Origin: Polyangiaceae bacterium
Lineage (GTDB): Bacteria; Myxococcota_A; Polyangia; Polyangiales; Polyangiaceae
Direction of reading: 5' to 3'
DNA: 64,000 nucleotides
Assembly: GCA_044222475.1 (NCBI GenBank)
Contig: JBGANF010000004.1
Span: 32,001 to 96,000 of the forward strand
In this document: positions 40,936-50,277 of the stretch, one piece after another
Numbering within the stretch: position 1 is the first letter of the stretch
How the letters are laid out: every line of letters begins with the position of its first letter
Made by a program: the position numbers and the translations under genes
Notes under the pieces: generated by a model
Told to the model about the DNA's origin: nothing
Databases searched by the model: none
The model's input: the letters and a program-made list of their open reading frames with translations, nothing else

Positions 40936-41034
40936 GCCCCGTCCGGGCTCTGCCCGGCGGGGCGGAGGGCAAAGCCCTCCGTCGACGAGAGAAGTGAAAC
41001 GCCGTGTGATCGAAGATCACGGACGGCGATTCAC
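40936..41034. repeat. Intergenic cluster of three GC-rich hairpins (REP-like or terminator)
   Basis: GCCCCG-T-CCGGGC-TCT-GCCCGG-CGGGGC; CGGAGGGC-AAA-GCCCTCCG; GTGAA-A-CGCCGT-GTGATC-GAA-GATCAC-GG-ACGGCG-A-TTCAC. Confidence 0.65.
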
Positions 41035-41038
41035 TACC

Positions 41039-42028
41039 TCACTTGCAGCAGATCGTCGACTTGCCTTTGAGGGTCGGGGCTGCGGTCTTGGGCCCCGTGA
41101 CGTTGCATCCCTTGGTCAACGTACCAGGCAGGTACTTCGCGTAGCGCACCGAGGCACCCGCACCGGTGACCGGCTTGCACGTGCCGTCCACGACGAAGCT
41201 CGCCGCCTGGTTCGTGCAGTTCGAGTCGGTGTACATACCGACCGTGGCGGTGCCGCAGGTGGACGCGCCGTTGACGTCGCAGGTGCCGCAGCTCGAGCAG
41301 TTGAGATCGAAGTCGGAGCCGACGACCTCCCGCTTGGCGTTCCACCCCGTCGGGCACGCCTCGTCCGCTCCTTTGGTGATGCAGGTCCCCCACCCCGTGA
41401 GCCCGTCGCGACAGACGTCCTCGGCGCATTTCGCGGCGACGTCGCACGTGCGACGCGCGGACTTGTCCACGAGGGACTTGTCCTCCTTGACCGCCGACGT
41501 GCACGCTCCGTCGGTGGGAGGGAGCTTCGCCATCTTCTCGTAGCTGTTGATGTTGAACTGACCGACGTCCTTGCAGCCGGGGAACGTCGGCATCACGCCG
41601 GTGTTCCCGCAGTTCGCGTCCATCGCGTAGTAGAAGGTGACCTGACCCTTGTCGCAGACGGGGTCCTTGGTGATGGTGCACGCGCAGTCGCACGCGCCGA
41701 CCTTCGCCGCAACCTGACTCATGGAGTCGTTCGAGGCCCAACCCGTGGGGCAGGCCGAGCTCGGATCCGGCGGCGACACGACCAACGTCCAGCCGCCGGG
41801 CACCGACTTGGTGCAGGGCCCGGTGTCGAGGCAATTCGCGGCGTCGGGAAGCGGCGGCGGCGGCGGCGCGTCGACGGTGGCGTCGAGTGGGAGCACGGTC
41901 GCGTCGTCGGTCGCGTCGGGACCGGCGTCCACCGACGAGGGGAGCAGACCCGCGCTGTCCAAGCCGCACCCTCCCAGCACGACGGCGACGAGGATCACCG
42001 GAGTCGAGGTCTGCGCGCGAGGGTGCAC
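41039..42028 (-). CDS. Cysteine-rich lipoprotein
   Basis: Lipobox LGGC; many Cys, CDCAC, C-terminal TICCK. Confidence 0.75.
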   Translation of the reverse strand: MHPRAQTSTPVILVAVVLGGCGLDSAGLLPSSVDAGPDATDDATVLPLDATVDAPPPPPLPDAANCLDTGPCTKSVPGGWTLVVSPPDPSSACPTGWASNDSMSQVAAKVGACDCACTITKDPVCDKGQVTFYYAMDANCGNTGVMPTFPGCKDVGQFNINSYEKMAKLPPTDGACTSAVKEDKSLVDKSARRTCDVAAKCAEDVCRDGLTGWGTCITKGADEACPTGWNAKREVVGSDFDLNCSSCGTCDVNGASTCGTATVGMYTDSNCTNQAASFVVDGTCKPVTGAGASVRYAKYLPGTLTKGCNVTGPKTAAPTLKGKSTICCK

Positions 42029-42061
42029 GATCGAAGCCTAGCGCACTTCGTCGCTAGGGCG

Positions 42062-43126
42062 TCAGCGGTACCCGGGCGGCCACTGCGGGGCTGGCGGGAC
42101 CGGCGGGACAGGCGGTGCAGCCCCCGCGCGCCAGGCGAAATTCGCGGTTCGTCCCATGAGGAGCGCGAACCCGCGGAGGTCGTGCATCGTCCGAACCTCC
42201 ACGGCGACCGAGCGCAGCATCTTCTCGAAGAGCTCGCTCTCGGCTGCTCCGCCGAGGTCGTCGATCAAGACCTCGATCTCGCCGCGCGAGACCGGAGCCC
42301 ACGGCGGGGAGGTTCGCGTCACGCAGCGCTCGATGGCCTCGGCGAGGGCGGCCCGCTGCGCGTCGCTCAGGCCGGTGAACGCCGGCGCGAGCCGCGCGAT
42401 CTGCTCCTCGCGGTAGGGCTTGAGCCGCGCGGCGACCCCAGGCTCGAGGAAAGTGCTCTCCGGCCATAGACGCGGCGGTACCAAAATGGGATCTCTGGGA
42501 TCCCAGCGCAGGCTGCCGAACGCCGCGGACCGAAAGAGCCCCGCGCGGAACGGATCGAGCCCTGCCTTCGCGTAGCGCAGCGTCACGAGCATGACGCCTC
42601 CTTCGCGGTAGAGCATCGTCGCCTCTTCTCGATCGCCGCCGAACGGATCGACCCGCGCGAGGTCGTACGTCGCGGTCGCCGCCGACTCGACGCGCCAGCC
42701 GGCGCGCTGATCGACGGTGGTCTGCTTGAGCTGCGGCGCCGAGCCGGCGCGATCGCGAACGTAGAGGCCGAGCTGCCGCGCGACGATCGCGTCGGGCGTC
42801 TCGTCCGGGACGGTCGGCCGACCGAGGAAGAAGCGCACGCCGATGGGGAGGTCCGAGAGCGAGAGCAGCGCGTCGGCCGGTGGCTCACCGGGGGCGGGTC
42901 CGAACGGGAGCGGCCGCGGAAAGCCGGGCAGCGCCATCGTGAACCCGGCGCGTCGATCGGAGTAGAGCGCCGTCTCCCAGTCGTGCGCCGGAAGGTAGAA
43001 CGGGAATTGCTGCATCAGCGTCTGCCGATGGACCTGCGAGGCCCACGCGCGCTGCGCCGCGAGCCGTTGGCCCGCGTACCACTGTTCTTGCGACTGAGCC
43101 GAAGCCCAGATGAGCGCCGAGATCAT
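42062..43126 (-). CDS. Hypothetical protein
   Basis: 354-aa ORF filling the gap between same-strand genes; no recognised motif. Confidence 0.6.
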   Translation of the reverse strand: MISALIWASAQSQEQWYAGQRLAAQRAWASQVHRQTLMQQFPFYLPAHDWETALYSDRRAGFTMALPGFPRPLPFGPAPGEPPADALLSLSDLPIGVRFFLGRPTVPDETPDAIVARQLGLYVRDRAGSAPQLKQTTVDQRAGWRVESAATATYDLARVDPFGGDREEATMLYREGGVMLVTLRYAKAGLDPFRAGLFRSAAFGSLRWDPRDPILVPPRLWPESTFLEPGVAARLKPYREEQIARLAPAFTGLSDAQRAALAEAIERCVTRTSPPWAPVSRGEIEVLIDDLGGAAESELFEKMLRSVAVEVRTMHDLRGFALLMGRTANFAWRAGAAPPVPPVPPAPQWPPGYR

Positions 43127-43152
43127 CCGCCGCCCTCATACCCCGGTTCAGG

Positions 43153-43602
43153 TCACTGCGAAACGGTGCAGGCCCCCTGGTTGCCACACTCGCACGTGGC
43201 CGCGCCGTTGCACTTGAGGTTGCAGCTCTTGCTGCAGCCCGTGACCTTGCACACCGGCGTGTTGATGCACTCCGTGTTGCAGCTGCCTCCGGCGCAGTCG
43301 ACGTTGCAGCTCTTGGAGTCGACGCACTGGAAGTTGCACGCGCCGCCGGGGCACGTGAACGTGCAGGTCGCGCCGGCTTTGCACTGGAAGTTGCAGGAGC
43401 CGCCGGGGCAAGCGAAGTTGCACGTCGACCCGGTGCACTCGAAGTTGCAGCTCTTGCCGTCGCCGGTGCAGGTCTGGTCGCACGCGCCGTTCGAGCACGT
43501 GCAGTTCTTCCCGATGCACGTCGCCGGGCCGGCGCTGCTGCTGCAGCCCCAGAAGAGGAGGAGACCGGCGGCCGCGAAGACGAGCGCGAAGAGGTGCTTC
43601 AT
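43153..43602 (-). CDS. Cysteine-rich repeat lipoprotein (periodic CxxxC..C)
   Basis: Lipobox FWGC; CNFxCxGGxC repeats. Confidence 0.8.
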   Translation of the reverse strand: MKHLFALVFAAAGLLLFWGCSSSAGPATCIGKNCTCSNGACDQTCTGDGKSCNFECTGSTCNFACPGGSCNFQCKAGATCTFTCPGGACNFQCVDSKSCNVDCAGGSCNTECINTPVCKVTGCSKSCNLKCNGAATCECGNQGACTVSQ

Positions 43603-43646
43603 CGCTCCAATGTACTCTGATCGCGATTCTGCGGTAGCGTCGGAGC

Positions 43647-44213
43647 GTGCTTCGCCGGGCTCTGGGGATCCTCTGCGCCGCCCCTTTTCTGGGCGGCTGC
43701 TCGATGATTGGCCTCGTCGAGGCCGGGCCGTCGTACGCGGTGGCGAAGGCCCACCAGAGCACCGGTTCGCTCAACGCGTACCTCGGCGTCGGTCCGGGTG
43801 ACGATCACGGCGGCGCCGGCGGCGGCGTGGAGCTCCGCGGGAAGGTCGGTCCCTCCGTGGGACAGTTCGCGTTGGGGCCCTTTCTCTACGGCATGGGCGG
43901 CCCGTCGATGACGCCGGGCTTCGTCGCGGTTCCGTTCGCGCGCGCCGGGTTCAACCTCGCGCAGTTCGAGTCGGTCGAAGGTCGGTTCGCGTTCGGCATG
44001 CTCGGGCCGCACGCGTCGGCCGGGGTGTTCCTCCGCATCTTCCCCGAGGCGGGGATGTCGATCTCGATCGACGGCGAGTACGACGTGCGGTTCACGAGCA
44101 CGCCGAACACCGGGTACCTGTCGCTGATGATCGGGTTCGGGTTCCTCGCCTACTCCGGGGGGCCGAAGTTCAGCGCGCCGAAGGCGGAGCCGGAGACCCG
44201 GCCGATTCGGTGA
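43647..44213 (+). CDS. Hypothetical lipoprotein, possibly a small beta-barrel
   Basis: Lipobox LGGC; amphipathic Gly/aromatic strands. Confidence 0.6.
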   Translation: MLRRALGILCAAPFLGGCSMIGLVEAGPSYAVAKAHQSTGSLNAYLGVGPGDDHGGAGGGVELRGKVGPSVGQFALGPFLYGMGGPSMTPGFVAVPFARAGFNLAQFESVEGRFAFGMLGPHASAGVFLRIFPEAGMSISIDGEYDVRFTSTPNTGYLSLMIGFGFLAYSGGPKFSAPKAEPETRPIR

Positions 44214-44237
44214 AGCACGCGCGCGGCACCCATGCTC

Positions 44238-45188
44238 CTACCGACGAAACCGAAAGCGCCACCTTCCGGTCAGCATCCCGCCCGTCGGCGCGGGAAACGT
44301 GATCTTGCGAAATTCGGCGAGCACGCAGAGGTTCACGTCCACCGCGAAGTTGCTCGTGTAAGCGCTGTCGATGTTGCTCTCGATGAGCTTCCCGTTGGGG
44401 TCCAACGTGAACGTGAGGGCGACGACGTCGCGGCTGGGCGCGATGCAGCGGACCAGGGCATCATGGTGCGCCTCGATCACGGCGCTCAAGGTGTCGACGG
44501 GCAGCGTGCCAGTGGGCATCAGGCACACCGCTGGAAAGCCGGTCTCCGCAGGAGTCAGGGTACCGAGCCGAAGTTGATGGCCTTGCGCGACCGCGGTCAG
44601 CACCGGTCCGAGGTCGGCGGCGGTCCCCTCGGCTGCTACCAGCTCGACGTGCGAGATCGGCCGGTCGAGGATCGTGTGCGTCGCCGTGAGAGGACGGGCG
44701 GCAGGGAACGTGGTGCGCTCGCACCCGTCATGGTCGTCTTTCATCGCTCGCCAGGTTCCGCCTTGGAGCCAGAGACGGAGCCTCGTGCCCTCGACGCGTC
44801 CCTCGACGGCCCTCAGGTCGAGGTCCACCGCCCAAGTCCCGATCTGCACTCGGTATCGAAGGTAACCCCCGGCGCCGAGCGCACGCATCACGCCGAGCAT
44901 GCGCGTGGCCAAAACATCCTCGCTGACGTGCAGAATGGACGAATGGCGAGGAGCATCGCCGCCGTGCGCCGCCACCCACATGGCGAGCCGAGTCGAATCA
45001 CTGTCGACCTCGGTCTCGTTCCACCGCAACGCCGATGGCGTTAGCCACACGTCGAGGGGCGGCTCCACGAACCCCTTGGGCTCGCGGAGCGCGCTGAGGT
45101 TTCGCGGTGCTGCTGCCCATTCTGCCGGCGATGCCGCATGGGGCGCGCATGCAGCCAAAATGAAGGCCAGAAGGATCGCGGGACGCAC
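44238..45188 (-). CDS. Lipoprotein with C-terminal AgmX/PglI (TonB-C-like) domain
   Basis: Lipobox LAAC; LVRC...LTFTLDPNGKL...CVLAEFRKITFPAPTGG...WRFRF. Confidence 0.55.
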   Translation of the reverse strand: MRPAILLAFILAACAPHAASPAEWAAAPRNLSALREPKGFVEPPLDVWLTPSALRWNETEVDSDSTRLAMWVAAHGGDAPRHSSILHVSEDVLATRMLGVMRALGAGGYLRYRVQIGTWAVDLDLRAVEGRVEGTRLRLWLQGGTWRAMKDDHDGCERTTFPAARPLTATHTILDRPISHVELVAAEGTAADLGPVLTAVAQGHQLRLGTLTPAETGFPAVCLMPTGTLPVDTLSAVIEAHHDALVRCIAPSRDVVALTFTLDPNGKLIESNIDSAYTSNFAVDVNLCVLAEFRKITFPAPTGGMLTGRWRFRFRR

Positions 45189-45299
45189 GACGTACGAGGA
45201 TACGCCCCGGCGCCCCTTGACGCGGCGGGTCAGCGTGCTTTATTTCGCACACGAAACTTTCGTGTAGTCATTTTCGCCACCCTTTCAGAGGTTCAGCCC

Positions 45300-48293
45300 A
45301 TGAGCGATCTGCGGTTCGACGGACGTGTCGTCATCATCACCGGCGCCGGAAACGGCCTCGGCAAGTCCCAAGCGCTTCTTTTCGCTTCGCGCGGCGCCAA
45401 GGTGGTCGTCAACGACCTGGGCGGCAAACACGACGGAACCGGCAAGGGCTCGGCCGCGGCCGACGCCGTGGTCGCCGAGATCAAGGAGAAGGGCGGCCAA
45501 GCCGTCGCCAACTACGACTCGGTCGAGAACGGCGAAGCGATCGTCAAGACCGCGATCGACGCGTTCGGCAAGGTCGACGTCGTCGTGAACAACGCCGGCA
45601 TTCTCCGCGACACGAGCTTCCAGAAGATGACCGACGCCGACTGGGACCTCATCTACAAAGTCCACGTCCTCGGCGCGTACAAGGTCACGAAGGCCGCGTG
45701 GGACAAGATGCGCGAGCAGGGTTTCGGCCGCATCATCATGACCGCGAGCGCCGCCGGCATCTACGGCAACTTCGGCCAGGCGAACTACTCGATGGCGAAG
45801 CTCGGCATCCACGGCTTCGCGCAGACGCTCGCGATCGAAGGCAAGAAGAAGAACGTCCACGTCAACACGATCGCGCCGATCGCCGGCTCGCGCATGACGG
45901 AGACGGTCCTCCCGCCGGATCTCATCGCCGCGCTCAAGCCGGAGTACGTCAGCCCGCTCGTCGCGTGGCTGTGCCACGAGAGCTGCGAAGAGAACGGCGG
46001 CCTCTTCGAGGTCGGCGGCGGCTTCTACGGCAAGCTCCGCTGGGAGCGCGCCGAGGGCAAGACGTTCAAGCTCGGCCGCAGCATCTCGCCCGACGACGTG
46101 AAGAAGAGCTGGGACACGATCACCAGCTTCGAGAAGACGACCCACCCGAGCGACGTGCAGAGCTCGATGCAGCCGATCCTCGGCAACCTCGGCACGAAGA
46201 GCCGCGGCGGCAACGATCTCATCGACGTCGACGAGGCGCTCTCGGCGCCGCCGATGGTCGCCGAGTCCAGCTACGACGAGCGCGACGTCTCGATCTACGC
46301 GCTCGGCGTCGGCGCGGCGGAGGATCCGCTCGACGCGGGCGACCTCAACCTCGTCTACGAGATGAGCGGCGACGGCTTCAAGGTCCTGCCGACGTTCGCG
46401 GTCATCCCGCCGATGAAGGTGATGCTCGAGAACTACAAGACCGGCAGGAAAGCCCCCGGCCTCAACTACGGCTTCGAGCGGCTGCTCCATGGAGAGCAGT
46501 ACACCGAGATCAAGCGGCCGCTTGCCCCCAAGGCGAAGCTCCGCCACGAGGCGAAGACGAAGGAGATCTTCGACAAGGGCAAGAACGCCGTCGTCGTGAT
46601 GGAGGTCCGCTCCTTCGACGAGAACGGCGACGAGGTCGCCTACAACGAGTTCACCTCGGTCATCCGCGGCGCGGGCGGCTGGGGTGGCGATCGCGGCCCG
46701 ACGGCAGAGGTGAACGTCGCCCCCGATCGCAAGCCCGACGCCGTCGTCGAAGAGAAGACGCACCCGAACCAGGCGCTCCTCTATCGCCTCACCGGCGACA
46801 TCAACCCGCTCCACGCCGATCCGGCGTTCGCTCAGGGCTTCGGGTTCCCGAAGCCGATCCTCCACGGGCTCTGCACCTTCGGCTTCGCCGCGCGCGCGGT
46901 GATCAAGGCGTTCTCGAAGGGGGACCCGCGCTACTTCAAGAGCATCAAGGTCCGCTTCGCCGACAGCGTGTTCCCGGGCGAGACGCTCGTCACCGAGATG
47001 TGGAAAGAGGGAGAGAAGATCGTGTTCCGCACGAAGGTGAAGGAGCGCGACAAGGTCGTCCTGTCGAACGCGGCGATCGAGCTCTACAAGGAGATCCCCA
47101 AGGCGGCGGCGCCGAAGAAGGTCGCTGCCGCTGCAGCGGGAGCGGGAGCGGGAGTGGGAGCGGGAGCGGGTGAGCCGATCAGCGCCGACATCTTCGTCGC
47201 GATGGGGCAGTACTTGGCGGCGAACGCCGACGCGGTGAAGAAGATCAACGTCGTGTACCAGTTCAAGCTCACCGGGCCCGACTCGGTGTGGACGGTCGAC
47301 ACGAAGACGGCCTCGGTCGCGAGCGGCGAGACGGCGAAGCCCGGCTGCACGCTCGAGCTCTCCAACTCGGACTTCATGGCGATGTGCACCGGCAAGGCCG
47401 ACCCGATGAAGCTCTTCATGGACAAGAAGCTTCGGATCTCGGGCGACGTCATGGCGAGCCAGAAGCTCGAGTTCCTCAAGAAGATCGATCCCAACTTGGT
47501 ACTCGACGCGGCGAAGAAGCGCGGCGGCGGTGCGGGTGCAGGCGCGGCAGCAGCAGCTCCGGCGGCCGACGCCGGCGGCGGCTCCGGCGACGTGTTCCTC
47601 GGCATCCAGGACCACGTCGAGAAGAACGCGGCCGAGCTCACGAAGATCGCGGTCGTGTACCTCTTCAAGCTCACCAACCCCGACAGCCAGTGGACGGTCG
47701 ACCTCAAGGCCGGCAAGGTCGCGCCGGGCGAGACCGCGAAGCCCGAGTGCACACTCGAGCTCTCCGACGCCGACTTCATCGCGATGGCGACCGGCAAGGC
47801 CGACCCGATGAAGCTCTTCATGGACAAGAAGCTTCGGATCTCGGGCAACGTCATGGCGAGCCAGAAGCTCGACTTCCTCAAGAAGATCGACCGAGCTGCA
47901 GCCGAGAAGGCGGTTGCGGCGAAGAAGGCAGCCGGCGGCGGAGCGGCCGCTCCGGCGGCGAGCGCTTCGAGCAGCAAGGAAGCGGTCGCGGGCAAGGTGT
48001 TCGCCGCGCTCGGCAAGCGCCTCGAAGGCAACAAGGCGCTCGGCAAGGAGCTCGGTGCGGTCGTCCTGTTCAAGGTCGACGGCGCGAGCTGGACGGTCGA
48101 CGGCGTCGCCGGAACCGTCAAAGAAGGGGCCGCCGGGGAGGCGACCGCCACGCTGACCATCGCCGACGCGGATCTCGCCGCCCTGGTGAAGGGCGAGGCT
48201 CCGGTGAAGTCGCTGTACCAACATGGGCAACTGCGCGTGGACGGTGACGTCCGCGTCGCGCACAAACTCGGGCTCCTCAACGGGCTCCTCTGA
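45300..48293 (+). CDS. Peroxisomal-type multifunctional enzyme 2 (SDR + hydratase-2/MaoC + 3x SCP2)
   Basis: [60 protein letters not shown]; three C-terminal SCP2 domains. Confidence 0.95.
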   Translation: MSDLRFDGRVVIITGAGNGLGKSQALLFASRGAKVVVNDLGGKHDGTGKGSAAADAVVAEIKEKGGQAVANYDSVENGEAIVKTAIDAFGKVDVVVNNAGILRDTSFQKMTDADWDLIYKVHVLGAYKVTKAAWDKMREQGFGRIIMTASAAGIYGNFGQANYSMAKLGIHGFAQTLAIEGKKKNVHVNTIAPIAGSRMTETVLPPDLIAALKPEYVSPLVAWLCHESCEENGGLFEVGGGFYGKLRWERAEGKTFKLGRSISPDDVKKSWDTITSFEKTTHPSDVQSSMQPILGNLGTKSRGGNDLIDVDEALSAPPMVAESSYDERDVSIYALGVGAAEDPLDAGDLNLVYEMSGDGFKVLPTFAVIPPMKVMLENYKTGRKAPGLNYGFERLLHGEQYTEIKRPLAPKAKLRHEAKTKEIFDKGKNAVVVMEVRSFDENGDEVAYNEFTSVIRGAGGWGGDRGPTAEVNVAPDRKPDAVVEEKTHPNQALLYRLTGDINPLHADPAFAQGFGFPKPILHGLCTFGFAARAVIKAFSKGDPRYFKSIKVRFADSVFPGETLVTEMWKEGEKIVFRTKVKERDKVVLSNAAIELYKEIPKAAAPKKVAAAAAGAGAGVGAGAGEPISADIFVAMGQYLAANADAVKKINVVYQFKLTGPDSVWTVDTKTASVASGETAKPGCTLELSNSDFMAMCTGKADPMKLFMDKKLRISGDVMASQKLEFLKKIDPNLVLDAAKKRGGGAGAGAAAAAPAADAGGGSGDVFLGIQDHVEKNAAELTKIAVVYLFKLTNPDSQWTVDLKAGKVAPGETAKPECTLELSDADFIAMATGKADPMKLFMDKKLRISGNVMASQKLDFLKKIDRAAAEKAVAAKKAAGGGAAAPAASASSSKEAVAGKVFAALGKRLEGNKALGKELGAVVLFKVDGASWTVDGVAGTVKEGAAGEATATLTIADADLAALVKGEAPVKSLYQHGQLRVDGDVRVAHKLGLLNGLL
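47136..47171 (+). repeat. In-frame (GCGGGA)n hexamer tract encoding an AG linker
   Basis: GCGGGA x3, GTGGGA, GCGGGA, GCGGGT = [12 protein letters not shown]. Confidence 0.8.
47388..47890 (+). repeat. Near-identical 101-bp direct repeat between SCP2 domains 1 and 2
   Basis: 47388-47488 versus 47790-47890 differ at 2 positions by eye. Confidence 0.85.
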
Positions 48294-48319
48294 TCACATC
48301 CACGGCAGGAGATAAACAC

Positions 48320-49498
48320 ATGGGTCGCAAGGTCAACGTTCTCGGCGTGGGGATGATCAAGTTCGCGAAGCCAGGCGCGAGCGAGGACTACAACGTCATG
48401 GCAGCGAAGGCGGCGCGCGCCGCCCTCGAAGACGCGAAGGTGAAGTACGAAGAGGTGGAGCAGGCGTACGCCGGCTACGTCTACGGCGACAGCACCTGCG
48501 GGCAGCGCGCCGTCTATGACGTCGGGCTCACCGGCATCCCGGTGTTCAACGTGAACAACAACTGCTCCACCGGCTCGACCGCGCTGTACCTCGCGCGTCA
48601 GGCGGTCGAAGGCGGGCTCGCCGAGTGCGTCCTCGTCGTCGGCTTCGAGCAGATGGAGAAGGGCGCGCTCGCGTCGAAGTACACCGACCGCACCAACCCG
48701 CTCGACCAGCACGTCGGCGTCATGAGCAAGGAGCAGGGCTTCAACGACGCCCCGCCGGCCGCTCAGATGTTCGGCGGCGCCGGCCGCGAGTACCGCTGGC
48801 GCTACGGCACCAAGAAGGAGACCTTCGGCAAGGTCAGCGAGAAGGCGCGCAAGCACGCGGCGAAGAACCCGTTCGCGATCTTCAACGAGCCACTCACCCT
48901 CGACGACATCATGAAGTCGCCGGAGGTGTTCGATCCCCTCACCCGCTATCAGTGCTGCCCGCCCACGTGCGGCGCCGCCGCGGCGATCCTCTGCAGCGAC
49001 GATTTCGCCCGGAAGAAGGGCGTCGCCAAGCCCGTCTACATCGCGGCCCAATCGATGACGACCGACTACGGCTCGAGCTTCGGCGACAGCATGATCAAGA
49101 TGGTCGGCTACGACATGACGGCGAACGGCGCGAAGCAGGTCTACGAGAAGGCGGGCCTCGGCCCGAACGACGTCCAGGTCGTCGAGCTCCACGACTGCTT
49201 CACCGCGAACGAGATCCTCACCTACGAGGCGCTCGGGCTGTGCAAGGAAGGCGAAGCCGAGAAGTTCATCTGGGAAGGCCAGAACACGTACGGCGGCAAG
49301 TACGTCACGAACCCAAGCGGCGGGTTGCTCTCGAAGGGCCACCCCCTCGGCGCGACCGGCCTCGCTCAGTGCACCGAGCTCGTGTGGCAGCTCCGCGGCC
49401 AAGCCGACAAGCGCCAGGTCGACGGCGCGAAGGTCGCGCTCCAGCACAACCTGGGGCTCGGCGGTGCGTGCGTCATCACGATGTATCGCAAGGACTGA
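48320..49498 (+). CDS. SCP2/SCPx-type thiolase (lipid-transfer protein family)
   Basis: [58 protein letters not shown]. Confidence 0.95.
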   Translation: MGRKVNVLGVGMIKFAKPGASEDYNVMAAKAARAALEDAKVKYEEVEQAYAGYVYGDSTCGQRAVYDVGLTGIPVFNVNNNCSTGSTALYLARQAVEGGLAECVLVVGFEQMEKGALASKYTDRTNPLDQHVGVMSKEQGFNDAPPAAQMFGGAGREYRWRYGTKKETFGKVSEKARKHAAKNPFAIFNEPLTLDDIMKSPEVFDPLTRYQCCPPTCGAAAAILCSDDFARKKGVAKPVYIAAQSMTTDYGSSFGDSMIKMVGYDMTANGAKQVYEKAGLGPNDVQVVELHDCFTANEILTYEALGLCKEGEAEKFIWEGQNTYGGKYVTNPSGGLLSKGHPLGATGLAQCTELVWQLRGQADKRQVDGAKVALQHNLGLGGACVITMYRKD

Positions 49499-49521
49499 CG
49501 AGTCGCGCTAAAGACGGTGCG

Positions 49522-50268
49522 TTGACTCGCACCGTCGCCGACTACCTTCGCGAAGGCCCGTTCACCCTCGTCCTCTCGGCGGGGTTCTTCGGGTTCTACG
49601 CACACGCCGGCGCTCTGGCGGCGATCGTCGAAGCGGGCCTCGCGCCTGCCCGCGTCGCCGGCGCGAGCGCCGGTGCGCTGGTCGGCGGGCTCCACGCGGG
49701 CGGCGTCCCACATGGGGACATCACCGAGGAGCTCCTCTCGCTTCGTCGGGAGCACTTCTGGGACCCCGCCCCCGGAGCTGGTCTGCTCCGCGGTGGGCTC
49801 TTCCGTGCTCGCGTGAAGAAGCTCCTCCGTCACGAGACGTTCGAGGACGCGCCGGTGCCGGCCGCGCTCTCCACGTGGGACGTCCGCACGCGACGAACCG
49901 TGGTCCAACGCACCGGAGACCTCGCGACCGCCATCTGCGCCTCCTGCGCGTTTCCGGTGCTCCTCCAACCGGTGCGCATCGGCGGACGGTTGCAGCTCGA
50001 CGGCGGGATCGCCGATCGCCCCGCGCACGCGTCGCTCACGCCCGGGGAGCGGGTCCTGTTCCATCACCTTCCCGAGCAGTCGCCGTGGCGATTCGGGAAG
50101 ACACCCATCCCACGGCGCGTCGGGATGGTCACGGTCGCGCCTCCTGACTTGCCGAGGCTTGGTCCGTTCGCGCTCGAGGAGGGACGTCGCGCGCACGACC
50201 TCGCCCGAGATCACATGCGGCGCAGCCTCGACGACATGCTCGCAGCGCAAGTCGAGCGTCCGCGGTAA
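49522..50268 (+). CDS. Patatin-like phospholipase
   Basis: LSAGFFGFYAHAG, GASAG nucleophile, ASCAFP, DGG. Confidence 0.88.
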   Translation: MTRTVADYLREGPFTLVLSAGFFGFYAHAGALAAIVEAGLAPARVAGASAGALVGGLHAGGVPHGDITEELLSLRREHFWDPAPGAGLLRGGLFRARVKKLLRHETFEDAPVPAALSTWDVRTRRTVVQRTGDLATAICASCAFPVLLQPVRIGGRLQLDGGIADRPAHASLTPGERVLFHHLPEQSPWRFGKTPIPRRVGMVTVAPPDLPRLGPFALEEGRRAHDLARDHMRRSLDDMLAAQVERPR

Positions 50269-50277
50269 GATGATGCC

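Noticed and set aside
45285..49447. Long antisense ORFs (992 aa, 787 aa) and similar ones elsewhere
   Set aside because: Expected stop-poor antisense frames of high-GC genes; no motifs.
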